Source of the DNA: Eledone cirrhosa | Lineage: Eukaryota | Direction of reading: 5' to 3' | Assembly: GCA_964016885.1 (NCBI GenBank) | Contig: OZ024743.1 | Coordinates: forward strand, 313,906,001-313,970,000 | Length of the DNA: 64,000 nt | Shown here: piece by piece, positions 1 through 14,312 of the stretch | Layout of the letters: every line of letters begins with the position of its first letter | Position numbering within the stretch: the stretch's first letter is position 1 | Notes under the pieces: model-generated | What the model saw: only the letters and a program-made list of their open reading frames with translations | Told to the model about the DNA's origin: nothing | Database searches by the model: none | Made by a program: the position numbers and the translations under genes

Positions 1-420
1 ATTGTTTCACGGTTGGCATTAATCTGGCTAAAATCTTCAGTCTTCATTTTGCACACCGTGCATTTATTGTCAACTGATGATTTTCCTTTTTGTATATTAG
101 GTATCTGTTGGGGATATCTTGTTCCTAGAATACATGGAGATATACTTGTCGGTTATGTTATGTTATGAGCTTGTCGGTACTCCGTATCAGGCTTTGAGTA
201 TAGTGTATTCCCTTTATGGTCTGTTTTTCATCTTAAGTACCCATGTACCCACGTATACACTTCTCAGTGAATTGTTCCATTGTTTATTTTGTTCGAGCAT
301 TGACTAGAGTCTTCCAATATTCCGGGGAGAAAGATTTGTATCAGGCTTTATTTCGTGTCCCTCCACTGGATAGGTGGCTATCCTAACAATTAGTTTCATG
401 ATCATAACCCTGGGCGAGAT
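1..420 (-). pseudogene. Highly decayed fragment of an RLE-type (R4/Dong-like) non-LTR retrotransposon
   Basis: Manual minus-strand translation across stops and frameshifts gives patches (..YLHVF*EQDIPT..TKRK..) resembling the YAFAIREQEINTKYLIHKR region of the ORF at 39241-40686. Weak. Confidence 0.3.
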
Positions 421-847
421 AGCTGCTGACCTTTTCTTCTGTTGAAGATGTTAATTCTGTGTTATTATCCGTGTCTCGTAGGTTTTATTTTCTTGTGGAC
501 AAAGAGATTCTTAGTTTTCATTAAAACATCTCTCTAGAACAAGGTCACTCTGATATAAAACCTGCGACTTCGTTTGCATCCAATGATGTAGACCAGTTCT
601 TCTTTTTAGGCAAATGCATTCGATGTTCATAGAGTGGGATTGACTCCGTGCACAGCCATCGCTTTATATGTGACATATTTTGCTACGCATTGTATTGCTG
701 GTCATGGGCAAGGCTGTAAAAAAAGCCACGTCTATGGTGCTCATGCTTACGTATCAAGCGGTGGAATTACTCGAAATCGAGTTGCAGCCATCATGTATGT
801 ATGTATGTGAAACGTAAAAGGTAGGAAACGTATGTTAGGAAAATAAT

Positions 848-884
848 CTTAACGTTTCGCACATTAGCCCCTCTTCAGACGAAA
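848..884 (-). ncRNA. Degenerate minimal hammerhead-like motif
   Basis: Reverse complement reads tcgt-CTGAAGA-ggggctaatgtgc-GAAA-cgttaaga. Core boxes are present but stems I and II pair poorly. Confidence 0.35.
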
Positions 885-3819
885 GAATGAGATAAAGGTG
901 AGAGAACGGATTTCTTTGATTTTAAACTCACTGACATTTTAGTTTCTTTTAATGTACCTGCTACGTCCCCAATATATCCCCTATCTGCCAATCAACTCAT
1001 ATGTCTGCCCCTCGGTGAGATAAATCTGAATGAATCAGATTAATTTCTCATTTGTTATTAAAATGCGATAATCTTTATCTAAGTGGAATAATGCTTTTGT
1101 TGGTAACGTCGTATCCATACATACGTATGCATGTATGTATACATACATTGCCTTTAATATATATATATATATATATAAGCTTACGAATATAATATAATGT
1201 GTTATAAGTCTCTGATACTTAACAACGCTTAAAATAAACAGTATTGTAGTATTATACTTTCTTCTTCCGTTTGTCGGAATGTAATATCCTGAAAATGTAA
1301 GAATTCCGACAAACTATGGCGGAATACGATCACAGTAGTTTGATGTAAATATATAATAGTCGCCTGTCTTTTACAGATTTACGTAATCGCATGCGCACGT
1401 ACACGCAGACAAATAGAAGCATCTCTTACACATAAACACTCACACGCATTGCATAGACACGTGACTATTTACTCTTAGTGGTGTTTAATTTTCAGTTATC
1501 TTAAATATTTCTTCATGTTGTTTTCTTTCTTGAGCTTTTCTTCTCTGGATGTTACTCTTTTTTAATGTGAAATCCGAGTAAAGGAACAATTTTCTTTATG
1601 CTCTGTTTGTTTGCGGTTCTAATTATGTTTTGCCTATATACCTTTTTCCGTTTGTTTTACACCAATATAAACTTACATATTCCGTACTTGAGTGTATTTA
1701 CTGTTCTCTAGGTAAATATTCAGAAAATCTACTAGTTACTTTCGACAATAGGTCAGCAATATATCATGATGTTAGATAAATCAGAGACTAACATATTTGA
1801 TAAATATGATATAAATATAAATTCAGAAATATTAGTACGATGTACAAATATATACCAATTGGAGTCTGGCCTCAGCACAAGAGACCCAACATATACACAG
1901 GAGAGCTTCGTTTACTGTCTTTTGAAAAAGAGGTCCTAACTACAAAATATAAAACAAAGATATGTAAACCTGTATTTTTCCGTAATTTACTGTATTTTCC
2001 CTCTTATATTTCCAATATGCATTATAAACAGCTTTCTCAAATCCATCATACCAGCATATCTCCCAATTCTTCGTGAATAACAAACCATACTGCGATGGAT
2101 TTAAGAGGTCCCACCTGTTAGATATGAAACAGAACCACCATATTCCATTAGATGTAAGACAAATGAAAATATTGTGCTGTGATGGCAATAAGTGAGTCGA
2201 TATTTTGCTAGAACTTAAGACAAATGTGTCCCTTCACTGGAAATTATACAAAGGCGGAGAAATGGCAAAGACGTTAGAGTATCAGATTAATATTTGTTCC
2301 ACCTCTTTGAATGTTGAGGTGAGATCCTGTCGAGGTCATCATTGCCTTTAAATATTTCGATGTCTATAAACAAACTTCCAATGTAGTAATGTGGATGAGC
2401 ATAATACCCTGCAGCATTTCATCAAATGTTCGTGTTCTAAGTTGGCGAGCAACGATCCTGGTGCCAATCTGGATCGGTTCCTGTCTTTCATTTAGAAAAC
2501 ATCAGTTACGTTGAGGCGGGGTAGAATCTGACATGTCTGAACCACTACAGGTCATCCAGCGAAAGACCTTCCCGGACTTGTAGTTTGGAGATGAACGTTT
2601 CTGGTGCAGACAGATTTTATTACACGCACGTTTGTATTTAAGAAAATTATATAAAAAAAGATTATTTTATCTCAATGAATCTCGGAGAATTAAGCTGAAG
2701 GATGCATCAGTACATTTGATAAGAGTCCGCTAGGCTTTCCTATCACATTGAAACACCAGCTCCCTAAAATCCAAACTTAAATTAAGAAAATTACTGATTA
2801 GTCCTAGGTAAACTAGATTCTTATAGTATGAAGGTCTTTTCTCATGTCTTATCAATCAAGGTTGACCCCACGTATCCACAACCAATAACAACAGCAACTA
2901 TCATTGTGAGTATTTCGAATGTTTAAATCATGATAATGTTCCCACTTAATTTTCCTAGCTGTATTTCAATACTTATATGCTAGTTTCATTCTTTCTTCTT
3001 TAGTCCCCAACTCTATGCTATAGTTCATTCAATTATTACTTTGTCCTGTTTTCTAATCTTTTCCAGCTTTCAAAACCCTCCTTTATCTCAATTGCAGCTA
3101 TTGTTCAAAGCACACCGTAAGAGATTTACCCATGAACGATATGTATCTGAATATGATTATCTCTATGTATATTTCCTGAAATGTGAATAGAACTAAACTG
3201 AACATTAATCCTATTACTATCTGTTATGTACCACTACATTCCATTGTTGAAAGTTCTGAGGAGGCTGAAGGTATTGCTCCCAGCTTTTGATACTGACAAA
3301 TGAAAATATATGAAGACTCCTGCGTTTCCTGCTGTGCATTACACAATGTATTATATTCAATTTAAAAAATGATCCACACGAATTCATACACTGAAAATGA
3401 ATAATATTGAAAATCCGATTATATTTCATTCATATTTAGTTGATTGAAATCAGGAATCTTATTCATAAAAAAAAAAGGTATTTGGAAGACAAATAGGATA
3501 TTTTTGTGCTACCAATGTTGACAAATGTGTAGGAAATGGCACCGATATCATTGTAATGTTAAAAAATCAATAGCAAGACAGACGAAGAAAAATCAATAGA
3601 ATTTCGAGGCTCAAAATAGTTCTGAAAAGACAGACCGTCTTGATCTTTGACTCTGAGATATAAGTTGATTTTAAACGCTCACATCGAAACGACAGAACAA
3701 ACAAACTACATACATTATAGATTTCTCATAGATGATGATTATATGCTACTCCACCTAATGTATTTGTATAGCTGTAGGTACACATAAATCTATACCACAA
3801 TATTGTATGTATTTATGTT

Positions 3820-3967
<148 letters not shown>

Positions 3968-4091
3968 GCATGTGTGTGTATAGAAATGTATTTTAATAAA
4001 CTCAAATAATAAATTTATTCTATATTTATACGCGAGGAAACTTGATAAATAAAAGTGATAGAACCTCCTATATAACCTGAACCACGCATGT

Positions 4092-4136
<45 letters not shown>

Positions 4137-4829
4137 TATATGACATATACCGTACAAAAACCCCCACACATACGCCAAAATATATATATTGTTGAAGTTT
4201 ATTGTACATTGCCATTATTTCAGGTGTCGTGTCGAAGAGGCGTTTATAGGTTGGCACAACAATAAAGGATGTTTTTAAACATGTGACTGTATTATATTTG
4301 ATGTTCAATTGCACGAAAGCTTATATTCTAGTCGTGCAGGTGGCAACATCTGTTTACACCAAGTAGATAAAAGAAGGTAAATATCACTGCTGCAGTTGCC
4401 AGGTAGAATGTTATTTCGTGATACTATTTTAGTATGATTATTTCATTTATCTAAAGTAACCCTTTGTTTTGTTATTATATTTACGCATGTCATATACGTG
4501 TGATGATTCCTCAAATGATATTTAGAAAAGTCATTCGGACGGTACACATATCTAGATGACACTCAAAACTATTTGAGATGCTGTATATAATAGTATTATA
4601 TATGAGATCTGTGGCGTAATATTCCCATGTACCCAGAGTCTCAAGTGTAGTAGTCCTATAATGAGGGTACAATTATATCTGAAATGCAATGGAATGATCT
4701 CTTCTGTTTTCTACGTATATTGGAACAATATATCACAGATATATTTCTTTATTTACCATAAAGGCATAGACAATATATCACAGATAGAGATCTAAAGTGT
4801 GGGGTAGCTGCAAATTCCTCATTAGTTCA

Positions 4830-5300
4830 GCATAAATGTTCTCCTTTTCCCAAATCTTTAGCATTATATTGACATTTGCTGGGCAACTGATTTGTAATAC
4901 TGTGCTAGCCTTATTTTCTCTGTCACATATCATTATGTTGGTCTGGTATGTTTACATTTTAATTGGATTTTGACTGGAACATTCCACTAGTACTTTTTCA
5001 TATTATCTGTGCATATGTCCACATCACTGTAACGCTTTATCTTTATTCTCCGAACTATCATATCTACGGATTGCATTATATATTGTTTTAGCCACTACAC
5101 CATGCCTCATATGGAGATAGTATTGAAATGGCATCTTCGGATAGCTAAATATGTTGTGGGTCGCCTACTTAGTCTTATTTCGCAGTCAGCTTATGTTGCC
5201 ACATCTAGGTGTTTTGCCAGCATCCCTATCTCCTTTGAGCATCAGGTAGGTATTTTGCTGTTATTTCCTGTTCTTTGATTGCAAATGCATATTCTGCAAA
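4830..5300 (-). pseudogene. 3' fragment of an R4/Dong-like LINE (Zn knuckle to RLE region)
   Basis: Minus strand encodes FAEYAFAIKEQEITAKYL and ..RHGVVAKTIYNAIRR.., closely matching the C-terminus of ORF 39241-40686 (FEGYAFAIREQEINTKYL..RHGVLAKTLYNAIRK). Confidence 0.7.
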
Positions 5301-5836
5301 GTGCGAGCGATTAGATCGGTTGTATGTATATATCTCTATCTCGTCTTGACTCTTCCCATCCTCATTCCGAGGGTCGAGACGATGGACAGTCTGTATATCC
5401 ATGATTCTCACCGGGAAACATGTGACGTATGTGGGTCCGAAATCATCGTTCCACCAATATTCACAAGCTGGATATCGAGTTCCAGCTCATTCACTTTCAT
5501 GACAAAAATGAAGCCCTTCGCATCTTTAAAAGTTGTCACCAAAATGACTGAAGGGGTCCCATCTACGGCGGTTTTGAAATCAGTGTTACACTTCTTCTAG
5601 ACGGGCTGCCCACTAAGGCTTATGAGCTCCGTCTGCCCGTATTGGGTGGCCGTAGATTCTCCCAAGTTCCAAATCTCCATCTTCAGCAAACAAGCTTAAT
5701 GGTGAGTTTTGGGATCGTCCACAACGATCCGATTGAGATAGTTATTCTAGGAGTGTTCGAGAACGACCTAATGTCATGTATGTATGTGCTTAAGTGCCTG
5801 TGTATGTATGTATGTTCTGGTTTTATTATTTTATAA

Positions 5837-6215
5837 GGGCGGTGAATTGGCAGTATCGGTAGAGGGTCAGACATGCTTCCCAGCATAGTTACGTCCCTTT
5901 ACGTTCTGAGTTCAAATCCCACCGAGGTTAACTTTTCCTTTCATCCTTACGGGGTCGATAAAATAAAGTACTAGTAATGTACTGGGTAATTGCTGGCCTT
6001 GTGCCAAAAATAGAAACAATTATTTTATAAGGGCGGTGAATTGGCAGTATCGGTAGAGGGTCAGACATGCTTTCCAGCATAGTTATGTCCCTTTACGATC
6101 TGAGTTCAAATCTGGCCGAGGTTAACTTTGCCTTTCATCCTTACGAGGTCGATAAAATAAAGTACCAGTAATGCACTGGGTAATTGCTGGCCTTGTGCCA
6201 AAAATAGAAACAATT
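5837..6215 (+). mobile_element. Two tandem copies (period about 194 bp) of a tRNA-derived SINE
   Basis: Each copy has an A-box-like tggcagtatcgg, B-box gagttcaaatc, core gaggttaactttgcctttcatcc and tail ggccttgtgccaaaaatagaaac. The same family recurs at 8662, 22485, 33598 and 47525. Confidence 0.85.
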
Positions 6216-8127
6216 ATTTTATACATTTTCACCGATATATTATTGTTTGTGTAGATCTGCATGTTTTGGGTTATATGTGAACATGTACATATGTTTCTAA
6301 ATCTACAATATGCAGATATTGCTGAATTTCTGAAATGTTTTACATAATTTTACATTTCTACTAATGGACTGTACTCGCAATTTCCTAACTAGCCGTCCTG
6401 TTTCTAGTTCTGTGAAGCCAAGCTCTTCAATATTAATGTATGTGTATATGTATACGTATATATATATATGTATGTGTGTATGTATGTGTATATATGTGTA
6501 TGCATGTTTCCCTATATAATACAATAAGCTTGATGCAGTAAAAAGTCCTTTCTACTGTTTATTTTATTCGATCAATCCTCCTGTTTTTTCGTTTGTTTTA
6601 AAAGATTTCCTGTGATGCATTTATAACATATTTCATACATACTTATAATGTGCTGATTCTCTTGTTAGTTACATTGAAAGAGCCCTTCCTTGGAAAATAT
6701 TGGAATTGACATGAAACATCGCCATCATATGGAAATTTCTTGATGAATGCAATATAGAAAGATTAAGGTACAGCAAATAGGCTTATAGATTTCAGGAAAG
6801 CTAACCTTGTTTTTTTTTTGCAAAAATATTCCTGAATACTTTTCAAACACTATCATTCATTCGTAGTTGCAGTTCCAATAGAATTATATCCTTAATGTTC
6901 TTTTTTTCTGGTTCAATCACCGTACTTAAAGAAAAGATATATTTGTTTCCATTTAACTATTACCAGCCATTTGACTACATTCCGATTTTTGCTAGTTTAT
7001 GATCAAGCGGGAATTACAGAATAATTTTCCTTGCTCTGTTCAGCCATTTCTTTTTCCTATTCAAATGAACCATGGTTCTAAAAGCATTTTTTTTTCTCAA
7101 TGCTCGTGCTATCTCGATTGGAAGAAAAGCATTAAACTTTCTTTGATCCTTCTTCATTCGAAATCCCTCAAGCTGATCATATAAAATGCGTCAAACGTGA
7201 CAAAAAATAAAACAAAACCCCAAAACAGCCAAACAAAAAATCCCTGATTATTATGTATTTCAGCTCCCACGAGAATGTTTTACAGATACTTTCTTACTAA
7301 TAAATAACTTTCAGATAATATTTAAAAAAAAAATTAATCGTTACAAATGGGAAAATTTCCATTACCTTTATTTCCAGCTACACAGGATACCATTTTCCTT
7401 GGAAATCTTAAGAATAAAGAAAAAAAAAATTCAATTTGATTTTCTATTCTTCTATATTCTTTGGGGAAATTTGTATTTATCCCGAAATTCCATTTGGTTA
7501 TGAAAGCGGTGTTTACTTTCGGGCTTGAAAAAAGCTGTTCTATAATGATAAAGCGAAGATGAACGTTTAAAATCAAGTAAAAATGAAAAAAAATGGGGGA
7601 AATCCTTTTTTTATAAAAATTAAATTCTTTCTTTACTTCAATACATTTTAATAAATGGTTCTCATATTATTCCTTCTATCTTTTCTTACATAATATTATT
7701 ACGTTTTTTTTTCCTCATGCACATCGTTTAAAGTATTTTCTACAAGCTTCCACTTTTAACTGAAATATGCAATCTTAAAATGATCCTTATTGGTTTGTAC
7801 ATATGATATTTTGTTTCGGATAATTCCTTCCAATGATTACCCGAAATTACTTATGTCCAGAATTGTATATTTTGAGTGCTCAGATAGAATTGAGTATTCC
7901 TCAGAAAAATATGTCATTAATATAACACTAAAATAGAAATATTGTGATACAATTTGTCGTGGATGAACATTTAAATTAAGATTCCAGTCCATTTTATAGA
8001 CATCCTCATAGTGTATGTCTACCAAATTTTACTCTCAGCGTTTGTGTTGACACTGGGCTTTGGTAAAATGCTCATTCCGAAGAGACCTCGTGATATTGAA
8101 TCAAATTTTGTATCCAGCTGCCTACAA

Positions 8128-8235
<108 letters not shown>

Positions 8236-8415
8236 GTGTGTGTATATAAATTTGAGTATGTGAGTGTGTTTGTTAGTTACCGACCACTTCAGTATGCACG
8301 GTGGACCACTCAACGAAGTGCGCATGTGCGTCTGTTTACTCCGGAGTAATTTAAAAACAGAAAAAAACAACAGAGGTAAACTTTGTTCCATGATTATATT
8401 TTTCTATTTAAGTTC

Positions 8416-8478
8416 TAGCTGCCTGATGAGGTCATAGCTGTCAAATAATGGTCATTACCGAAATACATATAATAGCTA
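8416..8478 (+). ncRNA. Type I hammerhead ribozyme (long stem II) in a solo pLTR-like insert ending at (TA)n
   Basis: tagctgc-CTGATGA-ggt..acc-GAAA-tacata-TA-atagcta. Stem I has 6 pairs with a mismatch next to the core. Same layout as the pLTR HHR at 49748. Confidence 0.7.
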
Positions 8479-8523
8479 ACATGAATAAACGAAGTTATTT
8501 TAACCTGTTGACTTACACTTCTT

Positions 8524-8579
<56 letters not shown>

Positions 8580-8661
8580 CATACAGATACATCCTATTAA
8601 CAGTTAATGTTCCTGCTAAGCGCAGACACTCGTTTGCCGAGTGTTTATCTCCATCTCATTA

Positions 8662-8772
8662 GTAATTGTTTCTACTTTTGGCACAAGGCCATCAATTATC
8701 CTAGTGTATTACTGGTGCTTTAATTTATCGACCCCGTAAGGATTAACGGCAAAGTTAAACTCGGTGGGATTT
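8662..8772 (-). mobile_element. SINE copy (3' half), same family as 5837-6215
   Basis: Reverse-complement match to the SINE core and tail (aattgtttctacttttggcacaaggcc..ttatcgaccccgtaagga..ggcaaagttaa). Confidence 0.8.
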
Positions 8773-10639
8773 GCGAACAAGAGAAATGAGAATCTCTTCT
8801 CGATGGAACGCAAGTTCATAGTAGAGTTAAGTCCCAGTCACAACTGGTATTCATATCTTGTCATCCTAGTATACTGAAGCAATGTGAAATGAAGGGATTT
8901 GCTCAAAGTCGCAAGGTAACTCCCACTCCTAGAAGCAAAACTACGGCGTTACGTTCTTGAACCCAAGTACCCAACCATTAAAGCGAGAGATTTTATTCCA
9001 ACGCCCAATAATTGATTCAAATTTATGTAATGAAGTATAAGCCATAGGTTGAAGTTCAGGCCTAACACAACACATCGCTCAGTCAGATGCATTTATATAG
9101 AACATATAATGTCTAGACGTTTATAATTTGTTCTATCTATTAATCTAATCTTTAGCGCGCTATTCTTATTTGTCTGTTATAATCATATACAATTGCTTGG
9201 CATTATGAGGAGACAAGGAGGACCGAATTATTAGATATAACGTAATACAAATACATTAAATAATATAAAAATGGCGTTGATTAGTTACTGAAACCAGCTA
9301 TAAAATTACAGCCCTGGGAATTGGTTTGGTCTACGATGTCATATATGAACCAAAGTGCATCAAAGTGTAGAGTGTTGATGACGGTTTTAAATTTAGGCAG
9401 AAGTCCAGCAATCATTTGCGGTCGTATCCGCCTCGAACGAATGAGAACAGAAATTCTCCTGTATTTTAATAGAAGGCTAGATAGAATATCACACGGCAAT
9501 ACACGCCAAGTTTAAGATGAATAAGCCAGTGTCATTAAAACTCCATTAGAAATTAAGGATCAGTGATAATAGTTTATATTTTCTTATGTGCCATTTTGCT
9601 GTAAGGAATGAGTTAACAGCGATTTGTCTACTTATACCTACAGATTGAAACACTACATAGAGACTCTATAGAAATTTCGATTTGTTCCATTGAATACATT
9701 GGAAAACATTGAAGGATTTGCAAAGGAATTTAGATAATAGTTAATTGGTCTAGACGAACGACTTCAAGAATGACACAAGTTCGTACAATTACAAATCTCT
9801 TTCAATGAAAACTAATTGATTTACTATCAATAAGAGGACTATGTAGAAACCAAAGTTGAACATAGATCCAATGACCAACATAAACCAGTTTCGTTTGCTA
9901 TAAATAGTTATATTTCTATGAATATACTGATTTAAATTGGCTATACAACAGAGATAAAACAACATCATTTTATAGCCAGACATTCACCATTATGCATAGA
10001 TGTATGAATTGATAGCTGCACACACACATGTGTGTGTATGTTTGCAAATCCCGAGTAATGTCGGGGGTAACCACAATTAAAAAAGATACTCAATACATTA
10101 GCAGTATGTAAGCATCATTACTTAATATAGAAATGACTTCTACAGGACGAGAAATATTTTATTCGTATGAAATCATCAAGAGTGTCCATATATATATTCT
10201 TAACTATAAGTTCTCTCAACATCTTGCCTGCATTAATTTCATCTCTTCTTTTTAATAACTGCATTGTCTCTTTCCTTGGACTACGTTAGATATTTTTTAA
10301 TGTGATTTTAAGCTCCGGTTTTCTCAGTTAATAAAAGCCAGCCCCTTGTGTCTTGCGTTTTTCTCTGTACCCGCCATGTGATTATGAACTACACAGATCT
10401 ATATTTATAATCCATAAATAATCACCAGATTTTTCGATGGTTTTAGTTCAGGGTCTCTAAATGTCGAAACATGGGTATAATGCTTAAAATGATATCCTAA
10501 AAGACACTCATATCTTTCATTATCCGCAGTTTGGTTAGTATTCTCAAAGGTAATTTCTGGTTCATATATATATATATATTAGAAAGTGAGGTTTTTTACA
10601 AATTGAAAAATAACCGAGGTGTCCTACACGAGTGAAAGT

Positions 10640-11061
<422 letters not shown>

Positions 11062-11096
11062 TATATACATATATATATAGATATATATATACATAT

Positions 11097-11136
<40 letters not shown>

Positions 11137-11139
11137 ATC

Positions 11140-11315
11140 TAGATGAGATTCTACAGGACTAGAACTGTTTCATTCTTCAGAAATCGATGATTTCTCAAGA
11201 ATAAAACAGTTCTAATCCTGTAGAATCTCATCTATATTAAAACTGTTATACTCTGCTATGTATTGAGTACCTTACTTACTGTGGTTTCCTCCGATTCAAC
11301 CCGGAATAACTTACC
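11140..11315 (+). mobile_element. Short foldback insert: 3' tail of the HHR-bearing family seen at 54245-55275
   Basis: 11140-11186 is inverted against 11188-11234. The right part matches 55168-55270 almost exactly. Flanked by (TA)n on both sides. Confidence 0.85.
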
Positions 11316-11352
<37 letters not shown>

Positions 11353-11385
11353 GTATATATACATATACATATATGTATATATATG

Positions 11386-11475
<90 letters not shown>

Positions 11476-12292
11476 CAAGATTGCCCATGTGATAGATGTT
11501 GGCATCGTCTTTACATTACACCTAAGGCTCGAGCCCTGTGCTATCCGCCCACAACAAAAATCAAACTCGCATCTCATAACATTTCGGCACAATTATTCCA
11601 CCTGAACTGGTCCCGTTTTTTGTAACCTTACGCCGAAACGCATTAAAACAACCAGATCACATAAAATTCAAAACGTCTCCGGGCAAAATACACTGAGAAA
11701 GCCATGGTATCCATATGATGATTCGTTAGACTTCGCCATGTGGTGTTATTAAGTTCGACATGACCCCGGCCATGTTTTATTTTTAATTCTCGTAAACTAA
11801 AGACTTTGCTTTTTTCTGATATCTTTTGCTGATATATTGTGTTCTGTTTTGTTTTGTTCTATTCTCTGAAATATAATTGTATTTCGTTGTACTTTTAATT
11901 GATTGGTTACTGAAATATTGATATTCTGGTGCTCTGTATTGCTATCTTTCGCTAAGGTAAGGTATTATATTTTTAACTTATTTTATTTTCTGAGATAGTT
12001 ATTGTATTTTGTTTTTGCATTTGTTTTGCGAGATTACTTATCTGAAAACGTGTGTTGAAACAGATAGTGTTGTACTTTGGGAGGGTCATGTTGCCAATTG
12101 GCAATAACAATTATTGTATTTTGTTTTATTTATATTTTAAATTAAGTGAAATATTGTAACTTGTTCTCTGTATTGTTATCATTCATTAAGCTACCATATT
12201 TCTGGAGTATTATATTTTTAAATTATATTATTTTCGAAGATAGTTATTGTATTTCGTTTTAATTTTAATTACTTGATTATTATAATTGAAAT

Positions 12293-12960
12293 ATGGAACA
12301 TAATACGAATACAAAGGCTCAGGTAGATGCGATCCGAATTCACCGAAATTGGAATCTGTGGGAACAACTTATGCTCAATGCCTGGTGTTCAGCAAATGGC
12401 TTTCTTTCAAACAAACTAATTAAGGAGACCTTGCAGAGCTGTGGTTTTCTGAGAACTTTGGCGCAGATAAAACTAAGAAAGAATGAATTCTTTCGTGGCT
12501 ACTCTCATATTAGGCTACACAAGGATCAGGTGAGAGCTATTTTCACAGAAGAGATAAAAAAAAAGAGGAAAAATAGAACAAAATACGAACCACAAAGGGC
12601 TCACGGAAGCCCAGAAGCACAGGAAAGCTGCTCAGAGGGAGATGGCCTCCGCCATAGACAACATCAGTGAAGACGATGGAAGAGAAGATGAAACACTCCA
12701 ATGCAGAAAAGGTAAACTGAAGACCCACCAGGGGAGTCCACCAACAGAAGAAATACGTAAATAAGAAGACAGGAGATGATCAGTGGATAAATGATAAGGC
12801 GAAGAAGACTAGGCTAAGAAAAATAGAGAGCCTGTAAAAAAGGAAATCCAAGTATTCTGTAAGTTCTACAAGAAAGGGCTCTGCTGACATAGGGAGGCTG
12901 GGATACGCTGCAGCTTTGCACATCCCAGACTTTATGCAAGTTGCGCCCAGCTGCAAATGC
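12293..12960 (+). pseudogene. Disrupted ORF1-like coding sequence: basic N-terminal domain, then a CCCH zinc finger in another frame
   Basis: 125-aa ATG ORF at 12293-12670. At 12858-12926 the sequence reads CKFYKKGLC*HREAGIRCSFAHP (C-x7-C-x8-C-x3-H with one in-frame stop). Confidence 0.5.
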
Positions 12961-13145
12961 TAACTAACGAAGCCAAAACCAGCATAAGCAAGCAACACAA
13001 CACACTGAGGCACTGCCCAGGATAGTATGCAGCGGCAGTACACACTGCTGCCAAGAAACCTGAGAGATATGCATGGTGTGGACGTTGATGTTTTCAAAAA
13101 AATCTTGACACTCTGCTATCCAGGATCCCTGATAAACCCACAACA

Positions 13146-13194
13146 CGGAATGAAGATACCGTTAAGGGTGAAAGCAGCGATTCTTTGCTTAAAC
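13146..13194 (+). ncRNA. Degenerate hammerhead, paralogous to the Penelope pLTR HHR at 21420
   Basis: aTGAAGA-tacc-gttaa-gggt-GAAA-gca-gcgattctt-tgc-TT-aaac. About 70 nt are near-identical to 21426-21490. Confidence 0.6.
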
Positions 13195-13302
13195 GTTAGT
13201 CTGTAATTTTAATAAATATTTGCTTTAGGGTTCTTATATATTTGATATATATTTATCCTTATCGAGCCCTCTTTGGATTTTAGTCTTCACATGTTTTATT
13301 AT

Positions 13303-13401
<99 letters not shown>

Positions 13402-13748
13402 TAGATAGATAGATAGGTAGATATAAATATAGATATAAATATACATATATACAAATATACATATATATACATACATATATATACACACACATATATATAT
13501 ATATCAAAGTTATCAAAGTTGTATACGCACACACATATATATATATATATGAATGTATATATAGTGTATTTTGCCATACACGGTATGCTTAATTAAAAGC
13601 AGTTCGAAGACCTTATGCTATTTCAGAGCACCAATTCTAATTTTCAATTTATACTTGACCAGCAACCGCTCTGTATAATCAGTTCCTGATTATTACTAGA
13701 ATTCTATAAGAATCAAACATTCATGATTTTCAGCAAACAGGAGTAGTT

Positions 13749-13793
13749 AGCTTTGATAAGCATAAAAAAATGCGAAACAGAGCTCTGTCAGCT
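13749..13793 (+). ncRNA. Type I hammerhead with U3-A8 variant core
   Basis: agct-TTGATAA-gcat-aaaaaa-atgc-GAAA-cagagctctg-TC-agct. Stem I is extended by ttttcagcaaacagg/cctgtttgctgaaaa. Confidence 0.85.
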
Positions 13794-14067
13794 TTAGCTC
13801 CCCTGTTTGCTGAAAATTAAAGTAAGTGAGACTGTCACTACTCTAAATCAATAGCATAAGGTCTTCGAAATGCTTTTAATTAAGCATATAGTGTATTGCA
13901 AAATACACTATATAGACATTCATATATATATCGCTATTTCAGAGCACCAATTCTAATTATCAATTTCTGCTTGACCGGCAACCGCTCTGTGTAAGCAGTT
14001 CCTGATTATTACTAAAATTCTATAAGAATCAAACATTCATGATTTTCAGCAAACAGGAGGAGTAGTT

Positions 14068-14112
14068 AGCTTTGATAAGCATAAAAAAATGCGAAACAGA
14101 GCTCTGTCACCT
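14068..14112 (+). ncRNA. Type I hammerhead with U3-A8 variant core, second copy (one stem I mismatch)
   Basis: agct-TTGATAA-gcat-aaaaaa-atgc-GAAA-cagagctctg-TC-acct. Confidence 0.75.
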
Positions 14113-14271
14113 CTATCTCCCCTGTTTGCTGAAAATTAAAGTAAGTGAGACTGTCACTACTCTAAAACAATAGCAGAAGGTCTTCGAAATGCTTTCAATT
14201 AAGCATACAGTGTATTGCAAAATACACTGTATATACATTCATATATATAAATCGCTATTTCAGAGCACCAA

Positions 14272-14312
<41 letters not shown>

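Larger units (their letters stand above)
13551..14277 (+). mobile_element. Retrozyme-like element: inverted tail plus about 2.1 tandem units of about 316-321 bp, one HHR per unit
   Basis: gctatttcagagcacc recurs at 13617, 13933 and 14254. 13551-13620 is the reverse complement of about 13851-13921. Flanked by (TA)n, no ORF. Confidence 0.85.

Noticed and set aside
10028-10060. Possible Helitron 3' hairpin cccgagtaatgtcggg
   Set aside because: No CTRR terminus follows and no matching 5' end was found.
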